Assembly (NCBI GenBank): GCA_023227985.1
Contig: JALOCB010000006.1
Location: forward strand, 2,631 to 66,630
From: Candidatus Omnitrophota bacterium
GTDB taxonomy: Bacteria > Omnitrophota > Gorgyraeia > Gygaellales > Profunditerraquicolaceae
Length of the DNA stretch: 64,000 nt
Direction of reading: 5' to 3'
Shown here: in pieces, positions 36,879-46,989 of the stretch
How the letters are laid out: every line of letters starts with the position of its first letter
Position numbering within the stretch: position 1 is the first letter of the stretch
Notes under the pieces: model-generated
What the model was told of the DNA's origin: nothing
Seen by the model: the letters and a program-made list of their open reading frames with translations, nothing else
The model's database searches: none
Position numbers and translations under genes: made by a program

Positions 36879-39362
36879 CTATTTTTCGCAGGGTATATTG
36901 ACCGGCACATTCCAGATATCCCTGGCGTATTCCTGTATCGTCCGGTCGCTGGAGAACCTGCCGCACTTGGCGACGTTGAAGATCGACTTCTCCAGCCACA
37001 GCCGTTTATTGCGGTAAAGCTCGCTGACCTTGTCCTGCGCCTGGCAATACGGATCGAAATCGGCGCAGAGGAAATAACGGTCGTAATAAAGCAGGCTTTC
37101 CACTATCGGGACGAACAACCCGTAATTGACGTGCGAAAAAAAGTTGCTCTGGATAAGACGGATGATCTCTTTAAGCACGGGCGAACGGTCGATATATTCC
37201 TGCGGATTGTACCCCCTGGCCTGCAGTTTGCCGACCTCTTCCACGTTAAGTCCGAAGGTGAATATATTATCCTCGCCCACTGCCTCGGCTATCTCGATAT
37301 TCGCCCCGTCCAGCGTGCCGATGGTCAACGCCCCATTCATCATAAATTTCATACAGCCGGTCCCCGACGCCTCTGTCCCGGCGGTGGATATCTGTTCGGA
37401 AAGATCGGATGCCGGGAATATTTTCTCAGCCAGGGATACCCGGTAATTCTCCAGAAAGACCACTTTTATCCGGTCATTGACGGTCTTGTCCTGATTGATC
37501 ACCTCGGCCACGCTGCTGATGAATTTAATGATCATCTTCGCCATATAATAACCGGGGGCTGCCTTGCCTCCCAGGATGAATGTCCTGGGCACGATATCCG
37601 CGTTAGGATCGTTCTTTATCTTAAGGTACTGCGAGATAATAAACAAGGCGAAAAGAAGCTGGCGTTTATATTCATGGATCCTTTTCACCTGGACATCGAA
37701 CATAGATTCGGTATTTACCGCTATTCCGGTGGTCTTGTGGATATAATCCGCCAGGAAATGCTTGTTCTCCAGCTTGACCTCGTCCCACTTGTTCCGAAAG
37801 GCCTGTTCCATCTTGAAAGGAAGGAGCTTCTCAAGTTGGCACAGGTCCACTGTCCATTTCTCGCCGATAACCTCCGAGATCAGCGAAGAAAGACTGGGAT
37901 TGGCCTTCTGCAGCCATCTCCTCTGGGTGACGCCGTTGGTCTTGTTATTGAATTTTTCCGGGGATATCTCGTAGAAATCCTTAAAAAGATGCTCTTTCAA
38001 AAGTGTGGAATGCAGGCTGGAGACGCCGTTGACCGAATGCGACCCGATCAACGACAAATAGGCCATGCGGATCTTCTTGGGATCGCCTTCCTCGATTATC
38101 GACATCCTGCGCAGCCGGTCGGTATCCCCGGGGAATTTTATCGCCACATCCCGAAGAAAACGCATATTTATCTCATAGATCAACTGCATGTGCCGGGGGA
38201 GCAGTTCCTCGAACATCGGCACGCGCCAACTCTCCAGCGCCTCAGGCATAACCGTATGATTGGTATAAGCGAAAGTCTTTACGGTGATATCCCAGGCGGT
38301 TTCCCATTCCATGTTCTCCTCATCGAGCAGTATGCGCATCAGCTCGACGATGGCCAGCGAAGGATGGGTGTCGTTCAACTGGATGCACACTTTATCCGGC
38401 AAATGAACGAGGTCTTTATTTTCCGTCTTGAACCTGCGGATTATATCCGCGATCGACGCGGCGGTGAAAAAATATTCCTGTTTTAAACGCAGCTTCCTGC
38501 CCTGGCTTACCGCGTCATTGGGGTAAAGGACCTTGGAGATGTTCTCCGAGAGCATTTTATTGTAAACCGCGTGCTCATAATCGCCGTCGTTGAAATATTT
38601 AAGGTCGAATTCCTCGGTGCTGCGCGCCGACCACAGCCTTAAGGTGTTGACGATATCGGTCTTATAACCCGGGACAGGGATATCATAAGGCATAGCCAGG
38701 ACGTCCTCGGTATCCGCCCATTTTGCCCTCAACCTTCCCTTGGAGTCGGTGAACATATAGGTATGGCCGTAAAAGCGGATCTTAACCATGTATTCGGGGC
38801 GGGCAAACTCCCAGGGATTACCCCTGTTCAACCACTCGTCGGGAAATTCCACCTGATGGCCGTTGATTATCCTCTGATTGAATATCCCGTATTCATATCT
38901 TATGCCGTAACCGTGCGCCGGTATGCCCAGCGTCGCCATAGAATCCAGGAAACAGGCGGCAAGCCTTCCCAGACCGCCGTTGCCCAGTCCGGCGTCGCTC
39001 TCGCAGTCGCGGATATCCTCGATATCAAATCCCAGGGCCTCCATGCATTCCTTAACCTGATCGATGATCCCGAGGTTCAGCATGTTATTGCCTAAAAGCC
39101 TGCCGATCAGGAATTCCATTGATAAATAATAAACCCGTTTCACGTTCTCGGTATGATAGCGCTGCTGGGTATTGATCCAGCGCTCGATCAGCCTGTCGCG
39201 TATGGCTATGGCCAGGGCGGTGAAATTGTCGTTCAGGGTGGCGTTGTATTTATCCTTGCCCAGGGAATACTCGCGCTTGGAAAAAAAAGAACGCTCGATC
39301 CCCGCCTTAGTCATGTCTTTATGGACGTTCACCCATTTCGGTTCGATCTTTTTCGCGGCCAT
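36879..39362 (-). CDS. glgP: Glycogen/alpha-glucan phosphorylase (GT35)
   Basis: 827 aa. The PLP-binding region EASGTGCMKFMMNGALTIGTLDGANIEI is present, with full-length GT35 resemblance. Confidence 0.93.
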   Translation of the reverse strand: MAAKKIEPKWVNVHKDMTKAGIERSFFSKREYSLGKDKYNATLNDNFTALAIAIRDRLIERWINTQQRYHTENVKRVYYLSMEFLIGRLLGNNMLNLGIIDQVKECMEALGFDIEDIRDCESDAGLGNGGLGRLAACFLDSMATLGIPAHGYGIRYEYGIFNQRIINGHQVEFPDEWLNRGNPWEFARPEYMVKIRFYGHTYMFTDSKGRLRAKWADTEDVLAMPYDIPVPGYKTDIVNTLRLWSARSTEEFDLKYFNDGDYEHAVYNKMLSENISKVLYPNDAVSQGRKLRLKQEYFFTAASIADIIRRFKTENKDLVHLPDKVCIQLNDTHPSLAIVELMRILLDEENMEWETAWDITVKTFAYTNHTVMPEALESWRVPMFEELLPRHMQLIYEINMRFLRDVAIKFPGDTDRLRRMSIIEEGDPKKIRMAYLSLIGSHSVNGVSSLHSTLLKEHLFKDFYEISPEKFNNKTNGVTQRRWLQKANPSLSSLISEVIGEKWTVDLCQLEKLLPFKMEQAFRNKWDEVKLENKHFLADYIHKTTGIAVNTESMFDVQVKRIHEYKRQLLFALFIISQYLKIKNDPNADIVPRTFILGGKAAPGYYMAKMIIKFISSVAEVINQDKTVNDRIKVVFLENYRVSLAEKIFPASDLSEQISTAGTEASGTGCMKFMMNGALTIGTLDGANIEIAEAVGEDNIFTFGLNVEEVGKLQARGYNPQEYIDRSPVLKEIIRLIQSNFFSHVNYGLFVPIVESLLYYDRYFLCADFDPYCQAQDKVSELYRNKRLWLEKSIFNVAKCGRFSSDRTIQEYARDIWNVPVNIPCEK

Positions 39363-39382
39363 ACTATCCTTTCATCAGATAT

Positions 39383-40375
39383 TTACAGGATCAACATCGC
39401 GTCGCCGTAACTGTAGAACCGGAATTTATCCTCGACGGCTTTCCGGTACGCCCTCTTGGCCAGCTCTTCTCCGGCGAACGCGCAAACCAGCATAAAGAGC
39501 GTGGTTTTGGGAAGATGAAAATTGGTCAATAACCGGTCGACCATCCGGAACTTATACCCCGGATAAATAAACAGGCTGGTATCGCCCTGCGCCATCCCCT
39601 GCCCGGCGTAAGTCTCCAGGGCGCGGCAGCTGGTAGTCCCCACAGCGCAGATACGCCCGTTATTCTTCCGGCACTTGTCCAAAAGGACAAGAGTCTCATC
39701 CGGAATGCTGAAATGCTCCGTGGACATCGGATGTTGCGTGATATCCTCGCATTTCACGGGTTTAAAAGTTGCGTGCCCGACGTGCAGGGTAACGTATCCC
39801 AGTTCAACCCCTCCCGCCTTGATCTTATCCAGAAGCCCTTCGGTGAAATGCAGCCCCGCCGTAGGCGAAGCGACCGATCCTTTTTTGCTGGCGTAAACAG
39901 TCTGATAATAAAGCTTATCCAGCTCTTCCGGCTCCCGTTTAATATACGGAGGCAGAGGTATAACACCTAAATTATATACCTGTTCTTCATCGCAATCAAG
40001 GAATGTCACTTCATTCCTGCCGCTTATCGAACAGAAGATATCCTTATTCTTGAATACTATCTTTTCCCCAAGCTTCAGCCTGCCGGGCTTGAGCAACGCC
40101 TCAAATGTAAGCCCGGATTTACGGCTTAAAAGGAACACCTCAACCTTGCCGCCGCTGAGCCTGTGGCCTTTCAAACGGCAGGTAAGGACTTTGGTATTGT
40201 TCAGCGCCAGCAGGTCGTTCTTAGCCAGAAAATCCGCTATCCTGGAGAATCTGAATTCCCGGATACTTTCGTCTGCACGGTCAACGACCATTAACCGGCA
40301 GCTTGCCCGGTCTTCCAAAGGATACTGGGCAATAAGCTCCTTCGGCAGTTCATAATCAAAATCCGCCAATTTCAT
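39383..40375 (-). CDS. queA: S-adenosylmethionine:tRNA ribosyltransferase-isomerase
   Basis: 330 aa. MKLADFDYELPKELIAQYP is the canonical QueA N-terminus. Confidence 0.9.
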   Translation of the reverse strand: MKLADFDYELPKELIAQYPLEDRASCRLMVVDRADESIREFRFSRIADFLAKNDLLALNNTKVLTCRLKGHRLSGGKVEVFLLSRKSGLTFEALLKPGRLKLGEKIVFKNKDIFCSISGRNEVTFLDCDEEQVYNLGVIPLPPYIKREPEELDKLYYQTVYASKKGSVASPTAGLHFTEGLLDKIKAGGVELGYVTLHVGHATFKPVKCEDITQHPMSTEHFSIPDETLVLLDKCRKNNGRICAVGTTSCRALETYAGQGMAQGDTSLFIYPGYKFRMVDRLLTNFHLPKTTLFMLVCAFAGEELAKRAYRKAVEDKFRFYSYGDAMLIL

Positions 40376-40437
40376 TTAAATAAGCGCCTTTGCTGTAATA
40401 ACATTATACCACAACACTTTGCTTCAATTTAACTAAA

Positions 40438-41610
40438 TTACCCCGGGCTCAAGCTGGTCAACGATACAATTTCGGAATCCGGATAATAAAACCCCAGTAT
40501 ATCGCGGTAAAGCCCGCCAAGCTTTGCCTGAAAATACGCCCCCCACTGGCACAAACCGACCCCATGGCCCCAGCCCAGGCCTGAGAATTCCAAACCGCCA
40601 AAGCCCGGCTTCACCGTAAAATTGGCGCTGCGGATAATATCCGGCCCGATAATATTGCGGAAATCCTTCGCTTGCATCTTGATCCCTGCGGCATCGGTAT
40701 CAACCTGCAGGTCAATAGCCCGGTTCGAACGGTCCCGCTGCAGGACGCGGATGGATTTCACCCGGTTTATTTTATATCCTGCCTTGACCAGGCTATCTCT
40801 GATGCCGGCCTTATTCAAACCCGCGCGCCAGCTAAAATGCGGGGAATCCCCGCAATAATAACAGGCTACGCCTTTTAATGGCGGGATATTTATATCCCAT
40901 AAAAGAGAAGCGTCCTCTGTGTGCCCGGCGCAGGTAGAATGATAAAATGCCGGAAATATCTTCCCTTTGTAAACCAGCACCTCGTTCTTGGTCTGGTCTA
41001 CCGCGTCATTTATGCGGTAGCGCTCAGCTTGCTTCCCGCCGTAGACCTGAGAATAGACATCGCTGGTCACATCAAAATCCTTGTTCTTATTCTGTTCGAT
41101 CTGATAAAGGGCGAATGTCCTGAAAACAATCGCCTGCGCCTTTAATGCCTCCGCCGGCCAGTAATGCGACACCTCCCTGACCGCTATGCCTTTGACATAA
41201 TCCTCCAAACCCAGATAATTAACGGCGCTGAGCCCTAAACTGCTCTTGCGGATTATCCGGACCCCCCCTCGGTATCTCCGGTTATTTATCAAGATCTCAG
41301 CGCTGCCCCCGGGTTTTATAAATACGGAATCCGTGTTGATATTTTCACCCGGCCAGACAAGCCCGGATTTTCCGGCGAACACCGCGGCATCAAGGTCCTG
41401 TCCGGCGAACAATCTTTTACCGCTGTTGACGTCAAAAACCTCATATCCGCCAACGGCCTTTATCTTCAACTCCGGGGCGCTGCTAACAATCCGCACCCGT
41501 ATCTCATTAGAAGATTGGCACCGCGCGCAGGATGGAGCGGCGAATTGCCAGGCCAGAATCGCGGCTGTAATAATTTGTGCTAATAATAGGCGTTTTACCG
41601 GCGGGGCCAT
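40438..41610 (-). CDS. SpoIID/LytB-domain protein (amidase enhancer family)
   Basis: Signal peptide. Motifs YHSTCAGHTE and GHGVGLCQWGA are typical of SpoIID/LytB. Confidence 0.8.
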   Translation of the reverse strand: MAPPVKRLLLAQIITAAILAWQFAAPSCARCQSSNEIRVRIVSSAPELKIKAVGGYEVFDVNSGKRLFAGQDLDAAVFAGKSGLVWPGENINTDSVFIKPGGSAEILINNRRYRGGVRIIRKSSLGLSAVNYLGLEDYVKGIAVREVSHYWPAEALKAQAIVFRTFALYQIEQNKNKDFDVTSDVYSQVYGGKQAERYRINDAVDQTKNEVLVYKGKIFPAFYHSTCAGHTEDASLLWDINIPPLKGVACYYCGDSPHFSWRAGLNKAGIRDSLVKAGYKINRVKSIRVLQRDRSNRAIDLQVDTDAAGIKMQAKDFRNIIGPDIIRSANFTVKPGFGGLEFSGLGWGHGVGLCQWGAYFQAKLGGLYRDILGFYYPDSEIVSLTSLSPG

Positions 41611-41855
41611 AACCAGAAGATTATTGAGACTATAACGCTGATCAATATTGAGGTGGAAAGCGGGAAATAAAGAGTAAAATTCTTTTTCTGGACCAGTATA
41701 TCTCCGGGAAGTTTGCCTAAAAACGGGATGCGCTGCATAAAAGCAAGCGACACCCCCAAGCCAACCAGGATGATCCCGAAAATTATTAAAACCTTGCCCA
41801 ATCCCTGCATCTCATTCCCCCGCTTAACGCTCCAAGACCCGGTCTTGCATCTCAT
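41595..41855 (-). CDS. Small membrane protein (DUF2905-like)
   Basis: Two TM helices. The likely true start is MQGLGKV at about 41810. Confidence 0.5.
   Translation of the reverse strand: MRCKTGSWSVKRGNEMQGLGKVLIIFGIILVGLGVSLAFMQRIPFLGKLPGDILVQKKNFTLYFPLSTSILISVIVSIIFWLWPRR
41833..41847. repeat. 15-bp palindrome CAAGACCCGGTCTTG, copy 2
   Basis: Identical to copy 1. Lies in the ruvB / small-membrane-protein intergenic gap. Confidence 0.7.
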
Positions 41856-41872
41856 TGACCAGCAGCGTGTTG

Positions 41873-41887
41873 CAAGACCGGGTCTTA
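41873..41887. repeat. Near-palindrome CAAGACCGGGTCTTA, copy 3 (degenerate)
   Basis: Preceded by GTTG, as is the copy at 48279. It lies 25 bp from copy 2. Confidence 0.55.
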
Positions 41888-42985
41888 AAACAGTTCCTCT
41901 TGTTTTTCTTTAGTATAAGTTATTCCGAGATGTTCGTAGGCGAGTTTGGTGGCCAGCCTTCCCCGGGCAGTGCGCTTCAAATACCCTGCCTTGAGCAGAT
42001 AAGGCTCGACCGTGTCGGCGATAGTATCCACTTCTTCGTTCAATGAGGCAGCCAGAGACTCTATGCCCACCGGGCCTCCGTCAAAAGAACTGATCACAAG
42101 CTTAAGCACCTTGCGGTCCATATCGTCAAGGCCGGATCTGTCTATTCTCAAATCATCCAGGCTTTTGGCGGCTATCGCCTGATCGATCTTGTCTTTATTC
42201 GCCACCTGGACGTAATCGCGCACCCGGCGTAAAAGCCGGTTAGCCACACGGGGAGTGCCGCGCGCCCTGCGGCTTATCTCCAGGGCGGCTTCCTGGTCGA
42301 TCCTGATATTCAACAGCTTGGCCGAACGGCTGACGATCTCAGCCAGGTCCACCACATCGTAGAAATCAAGGTGATGAAAGATCCCGAACCTGCTCCTTAA
42401 AGGGGAGGATAAAAGCCCTGACCGGGTCGTCGCTCCCACCAGGGTAAAAGGCTTGAGATGGAATTTTATGGTCTTGGCGTACGGGCCTTTATCGATGATG
42501 AAATCTATCTCTGAGTTCTCCATCGCCGGATAAAGGAATTCCTCCACCACCTTGGAAAGCCGGTGTATTTCGTCGATGAACAGGATATCCCCTTTTTCCA
42601 GATTGGTCAGGATGCCGATCAGGTCTCCCGCTCTTTCTATAGCCGGGCCGCTGGTGGCGGTGATCTTGGAATGCATCTCGTGGGCGATGATATGCGAAAG
42701 GCAGGTCTTTCCCAGGCCCGGAGGACCGGATAAAAGCACATGCTCAAGCGGCTCTTTCCTTTGTTTGGCCGCGGCCAGGCAGACCTTGAGGTTATCGACG
42801 ATCTCTTTCTGGCCGATGAACTCGCCCAGCTTTGTGGGGCGCAGAGATATAATTAAAACAGTATCCTCTTCCGTCTCCTGGTTCTCGCGCAAAAGGAACG
42901 CCGGGACAGCCTCAGGATCAGGCCCCAGATAATTGAACTTGGCGCTGTCCGGCCTAATTGCTCTGGCTTTCGGTTCTCTGGTCAT
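41885..42985 (-). CDS. ruvB: Holliday junction branch migration helicase RuvB
   Basis: AAA+ domain with Walker A GPPGLGKT, Walker B ILFIDEIHRL and the sensor region. A winged-helix domain lies at the C-terminus. Confidence 0.93.
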   Translation of the reverse strand: MTREPKARAIRPDSAKFNYLGPDPEAVPAFLLRENQETEEDTVLIISLRPTKLGEFIGQKEIVDNLKVCLAAAKQRKEPLEHVLLSGPPGLGKTCLSHIIAHEMHSKITATSGPAIERAGDLIGILTNLEKGDILFIDEIHRLSKVVEEFLYPAMENSEIDFIIDKGPYAKTIKFHLKPFTLVGATTRSGLLSSPLRSRFGIFHHLDFYDVVDLAEIVSRSAKLLNIRIDQEAALEISRRARGTPRVANRLLRRVRDYVQVANKDKIDQAIAAKSLDDLRIDRSGLDDMDRKVLKLVISSFDGGPVGIESLAASLNEEVDTIADTVEPYLLKAGYLKRTARGRLATKLAYEHLGITYTKEKQEELF

Positions 42986-43712
42986 AAGGTATGATATTGT
43001 TCTGGTTCCGGGCTATCTCTATTTCGCCGAAGGCCTCGCACTGCAGGGCGCGGATCTCCCTGAGCTTGACCAATTCCAGTATGGATAGGAATGTGACGAT
43101 TATCTCTATCTTTGTCTTGGCCTGGGTGAATAATTCCGAAAGCTTCACGGAGTTCTTCAATAACAGCAGATGAAGTATCTGATGGATCTTGTCTTCAATG
43201 CTGTATTCGTCCTTGATCACGTTGTAAAAAATATCTTTAGGAGTTTCTTCAAGAGCCTGGGAAAACGCGGTGATCAAATCAAAAATGCTTGCTTCGAAAT
43301 ACACCGGCGCGGTCTCCGGCAGGTCTTTCTCCTGAAGTTTCGGCCTTTTGAATATATCCTGCTGTTTTATCTCGCGCTGCCTTAATTCCTGGGCGATCTC
43401 TTTGAAACGCTCGTATTCCAACAGCTGTTTGACCAGCTCATCCCGAGGATCGACCGCATCATCCTGCGCCTCTTCGGATTCAACCGCCGGCAAAAGCATT
43501 TTGGACTTAATCTGCATAAGCGTGGCGGCCATAACCAGAAATTCGCCGGCGATGTTCAGGTCCAGGCACTTCATCAGCTCAAGGTAAGACAAATACTGCT
43601 CGGTGACCTTGGCGATCGGGATATCATAGATATTCAAATGGTCGCGCTTGACCAGGTACAAAAGAAGGTCAAGCGGGCCTTCAAAGAGCTCCAGTTTTAT
43701 TTTATAGTTCAT
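42954..43712 (-). CDS. scpA: Segregation and condensation protein A
   Basis: 252 aa. LELFEGPLDLLLYLVKRDHLNIYDIPIAKVTEQYL is the canonical ScpA N-terminus. Confidence 0.85.
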   Translation of the reverse strand: MNYKIKLELFEGPLDLLLYLVKRDHLNIYDIPIAKVTEQYLSYLELMKCLDLNIAGEFLVMAATLMQIKSKMLLPAVESEEAQDDAVDPRDELVKQLLEYERFKEIAQELRQREIKQQDIFKRPKLQEKDLPETAPVYFEASIFDLITAFSQALEETPKDIFYNVIKDEYSIEDKIHQILHLLLLKNSVKLSELFTQAKTKIEIIVTFLSILELVKLREIRALQCEAFGEIEIARNQNNIIPYDQRTESQSN

Positions 43713-44698
43713 ATGCCTAAAGCCGTCCTTACCTGGCGCATTGTTTCCTCGGCGGTCTTTGCCGCACGCCTGTTCCCGTCGGCCAGTATATCGGTTAATT
43801 TCGTTTTATCGCGCAGCAATTCCTGCCGTTTGGCGTAAAAAGGCGCCAGGTATTCCGTCAACTTTGACGCCAGGTTCTTTTTGCAATCCGTGCAGCCCTT
43901 TGACGCGTTAACGCACCAATCTTTCACCTCATCCATGGCCCCCGGAAAAAATGTGGAATAATACGAGAAGACATTGCAGATATCCGGATGGCCTTTATCC
44001 GAAAGCTTTATCCTTTTCGGATCGGTGATCATAGTCTGGACCTTTTTCTTTATGGTCTCCTGCGTATCCGAAAGGTTTATCGTATTGTTATAGCTTTTGC
44101 TCATCTTCCTTCCATCCAGACCCAACAGCCTGGGTGTTTGGGTAAGTATGGCGTCGGGATAAGGCAATACCTCTTTGTGATAAAGGCCGTTGAACCGGCG
44201 GCTGATCTCCCGGGTAAGCTCCAAATGCGGGAGCTGATCCTCTCCGACCGGGACTTTATCCGCTTTATATACCAGGATATCCGCGGCCTGGAGCACCGGA
44301 TACCCAAGGAAACCGTAAGTATGCAGGTCGCGGGTCTGGATCTGGCGCAGTTGCTCTTTATAGGTCGGGCATCTTTCCAGCCAGCCCAAAGGCGTAAAGC
44401 AGGAAAATATCATAAAAAGGTCCAGATGCTGGTGGACCTGGGATTGGACAAAAATGGTGGATTTTTCCGGGGAGATGCCGAAGCTCAGCCAATCGACGAG
44501 ATTATCCAGGGTATACTCGGATAAAACTTTCGGATCCTCATATTCGCCCATCAGCGCGTGCCAATCGGCAACCATAAAGAAACAATCGTATTCCTGCTGC
44601 AGCTTTATCCAGTTTTCCAGGGTGCCGACCAAATGGCCCAAATGAAGTTTGCCGGTGGGACGCATCCCGCTGAGGATTCTTTTTTTCTGATGCGACAT
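43709..44698 (-). CDS. trpS: Tryptophanyl-tRNA synthetase
   Basis: Class I aminoacyl-tRNA synthetase. The HIGH motif appears as GKLHLGHLVG. KMSKS is present (GRKMSKS). Confidence 0.93.
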   Translation of the reverse strand: MSHQKKRILSGMRPTGKLHLGHLVGTLENWIKLQQEYDCFFMVADWHALMGEYEDPKVLSEYTLDNLVDWLSFGISPEKSTIFVQSQVHQHLDLFMIFSCFTPLGWLERCPTYKEQLRQIQTRDLHTYGFLGYPVLQAADILVYKADKVPVGEDQLPHLELTREISRRFNGLYHKEVLPYPDAILTQTPRLLGLDGRKMSKSYNNTINLSDTQETIKKKVQTMITDPKRIKLSDKGHPDICNVFSYYSTFFPGAMDEVKDWCVNASKGCTDCKKNLASKLTEYLAPFYAKRQELLRDKTKLTDILADGNRRAAKTAEETMRQVRTALGI

Positions 44699-44707
44699 AT
44701 TTCGGTA

Positions 44708-46957
44708 TTATTCCAGTGTCCGGGCGATCTTCTGTATCTGATAGGCCTCGATCATATCGCCAACCATCACGTCGGGATAACCCTTGATCGCCAGCCCGCA
44801 CTCAAAACCCTCTTCGACTTCCTTGACATCGTCTTTGAAACGCTTTAAGGAAGCCAACTCCGCGTTATCCAGGACAACCGCGCCGTTGCGGTTAAGGGTT
44901 ATCGCCGCGTTACGCGGGATCTTGCCTTTTTGGACAAAACAACCGGCGATGGTCCCGGAAGTGGAAAGCTTGAATACCTTGCGCACCTCGACCTTGCCCA
45001 GGAATATCCTTTTCAATTTCGGGGCAAGCATCCCCTCGAGGGCGGCCTTTATATCATTAACCAACTCATATATGACATTGTAAACCCGGACATCCTGGCC
45101 TTCTTTGTCTATCAGGGACTTGGCCAGATCATCCGGGGTAACGTTAAAGCCCAGGATCAAAGCGCCGGAAGCCAGAGCCAGGATCACGTCCGACGAGTTG
45201 ATGCTGCCGGCTCCGTCATGTATTATATTAAGCTTTACCTCCGGAGAATTTATCTTGTTCAGGGCTTCTTTTATAGCCTCTACCGACCCCTGGGCGTCAG
45301 CCTTGATGATAATATTCAATTCTTTGATCTTGCCTTCTTTGATCTGGGAATACAGGTCTTCCAACCCCAGCCTTTTCACCGGGGTCATCTGCCTTTGTTT
45401 TTCCTTTTCCTGGCGTTTAAGCGCCAGTTCCTTGGCGGTTTTCTCGTCTTCGATCACAAAGAACTGTTCGCCGGCCTCGGGGATGCCGGTAATGCCTAAA
45501 ACCTCCACCGGCGTGGACGGGCCAGCCTGGGTCAAAGGCCGGCCGTGATCGTCGAACATCGCCCGGATCTTTCCGTAAAAACCGCCTACGATTATATTCT
45601 CATTAAGATGGACTGTGCCTGCCTGGATCAAAAGCGTGGCTACCGGTCCTTTGCTTTTTACCATCTTCGCTTCCAGAACAACGCCTTTACCCTGCCGGTG
45701 GGGGTTCGCCTTTAACTCCAGCATCTCCGCCTCCAGGATAATCATTTCCAGCAGCGTATCTATCCCCTGGCCGGTCTTGGCCGATACCGGGACGGTTATG
45801 GTCTTGCCGCCCCAGTCTTCCGCCATAAGCCCTACTGCCGATAATTGTTTTTTCACCTTATCCGGATCAGCCTGCGGCTTATCGATCTTGTTCAAAGCCA
45901 CAATTATCGAAACTCCGGCTGCCTTGGCATGATCGATGGCCTCCTGGGTCTGGGGCATTATCCCGTCGTCCGCGGCGACCACCAGGACCACGATATCAGT
46001 GACCTTTGCTCCCCTGGCGCGCATAGCGGTGAACGCCTCATGCCCCGGGGTATCCAGAAAAGTTATATTGCCTTTCGGCAGGCTGACCTTGTACGCCCCG
46101 ATATGCTGGGTAATCCCTCCGTGCTCGGATTCAGCCACCTTACTGTTGCGGATGGCGTCGAGTATAGACGTCTTTCCGTGGTCAACATGCCCCATTATGG
46201 TTACTATAGCGCAGCGGTGCTTAAGGGTTTCGGGCAGGTCAGGCTTGTTATGGCCGATCAACGCGGTCTCTTCCTGGCCCAACGCCTCTTTGATCTTAAA
46301 TCCGTATTTTTCGCAGACTTTCTCCACTACTTCTTTAGCCAGGTTCTGATTGATCCCGGCCATTACCCGCATACCCATAAGCGTCTTTATCAATACCGAA
46401 GGCTTTTCCTGAAGTTTAACGCTGAGGTCCTTTACCGATATAGGCAGTTCCATTTCCAGGTCTTTAAGAACAGGCTGTATTGCCTGAGGCTGCGCGGGGA
46501 TCTCCGGCTTAGCTTCGACGACCGGCGCCGCCGGCTTACTTACTTCTTCTTTATGATGCGCTGCCGGATGTGCGGCGGTATGCTCTGCCTTATGATGCGC
46601 ATGAACAGGCGCGGACTCGGATCTCGGCTGAGGCTTGGCCTCTGCCGGATGATGCGCTTTTGGATGCTCCGCATGATGGGCGACATGCGCTTTTAATTCA
46701 TGCGTATCATGCGTTTTTTTCTCCGGCTCAACAGTGGCAGCCTTAGCCGCGTGCTTAATAGGTTCTTTTTTCTTGCTAACCGCGGGTTTGTGCAACGGCT
46801 TAAGCGTTTCTTTGGCCTTTTCCGGAGCATGCCCTGCGGCCTTTACCGCAGGTCTGGCCTTGGCCGGCTTGTGCTCTACTTTTGCCGCAGGCTTGGCTTT
46901 AATCTCTTTGGCCTTTTTGACCGTTGTCTTGGCTTTTTCTTTTTTTAATTTATCCAT
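44708..46957 (-). CDS. infB: Translation initiation factor IF-2
   Basis: GTPase domain with G1 [17 protein letters not shown] and NKID. C-terminal beta-barrel domains. The N-terminal region of about 190 aa is K/A/P-rich with a His-rich segment ([13 protein letters not shown]...HAHHKAEH). Confidence 0.95.
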   Translation of the reverse strand: MDKLKKEKAKTTVKKAKEIKAKPAAKVEHKPAKARPAVKAAGHAPEKAKETLKPLHKPAVSKKKEPIKHAAKAATVEPEKKTHDTHELKAHVAHHAEHPKAHHPAEAKPQPRSESAPVHAHHKAEHTAAHPAAHHKEEVSKPAAPVVEAKPEIPAQPQAIQPVLKDLEMELPISVKDLSVKLQEKPSVLIKTLMGMRVMAGINQNLAKEVVEKVCEKYGFKIKEALGQEETALIGHNKPDLPETLKHRCAIVTIMGHVDHGKTSILDAIRNSKVAESEHGGITQHIGAYKVSLPKGNITFLDTPGHEAFTAMRARGAKVTDIVVLVVAADDGIMPQTQEAIDHAKAAGVSIIVALNKIDKPQADPDKVKKQLSAVGLMAEDWGGKTITVPVSAKTGQGIDTLLEMIILEAEMLELKANPHRQGKGVVLEAKMVKSKGPVATLLIQAGTVHLNENIIVGGFYGKIRAMFDDHGRPLTQAGPSTPVEVLGITGIPEAGEQFFVIEDEKTAKELALKRQEKEKQRQMTPVKRLGLEDLYSQIKEGKIKELNIIIKADAQGSVEAIKEALNKINSPEVKLNIIHDGAGSINSSDVILALASGALILGFNVTPDDLAKSLIDKEGQDVRVYNVIYELVNDIKAALEGMLAPKLKRIFLGKVEVRKVFKLSTSGTIAGCFVQKGKIPRNAAITLNRNGAVVLDNAELASLKRFKDDVKEVEEGFECGLAIKGYPDVMVGDMIEAYQIQKIARTLE

Positions 46958-46989
46958 TTATCCGCTTTCTAAAATAAACAGCTGGTCTA

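Noticed and set aside
37131-38486. 451-aa plus-strand ORF opposite glgP
   Set aside because: It is antisense to an unmistakable GT35 phosphorylase. It has no recognisable domains.
45845-46696. 283-aa plus-strand ORF opposite infB
   Set aside because: It is antisense to the IF-2 GTPase region. It has Arg/Leu-rich low-complexity composition.
46553-46780. DNA-level tandem repeat or CRISPR-like periodicity in the infB 5' region
   Set aside because: The periodicity comes from reiterated His/Ala/Lys codons within a coding low-complexity region. There are no spacer-repeat units and no direct repeats of fixed length.
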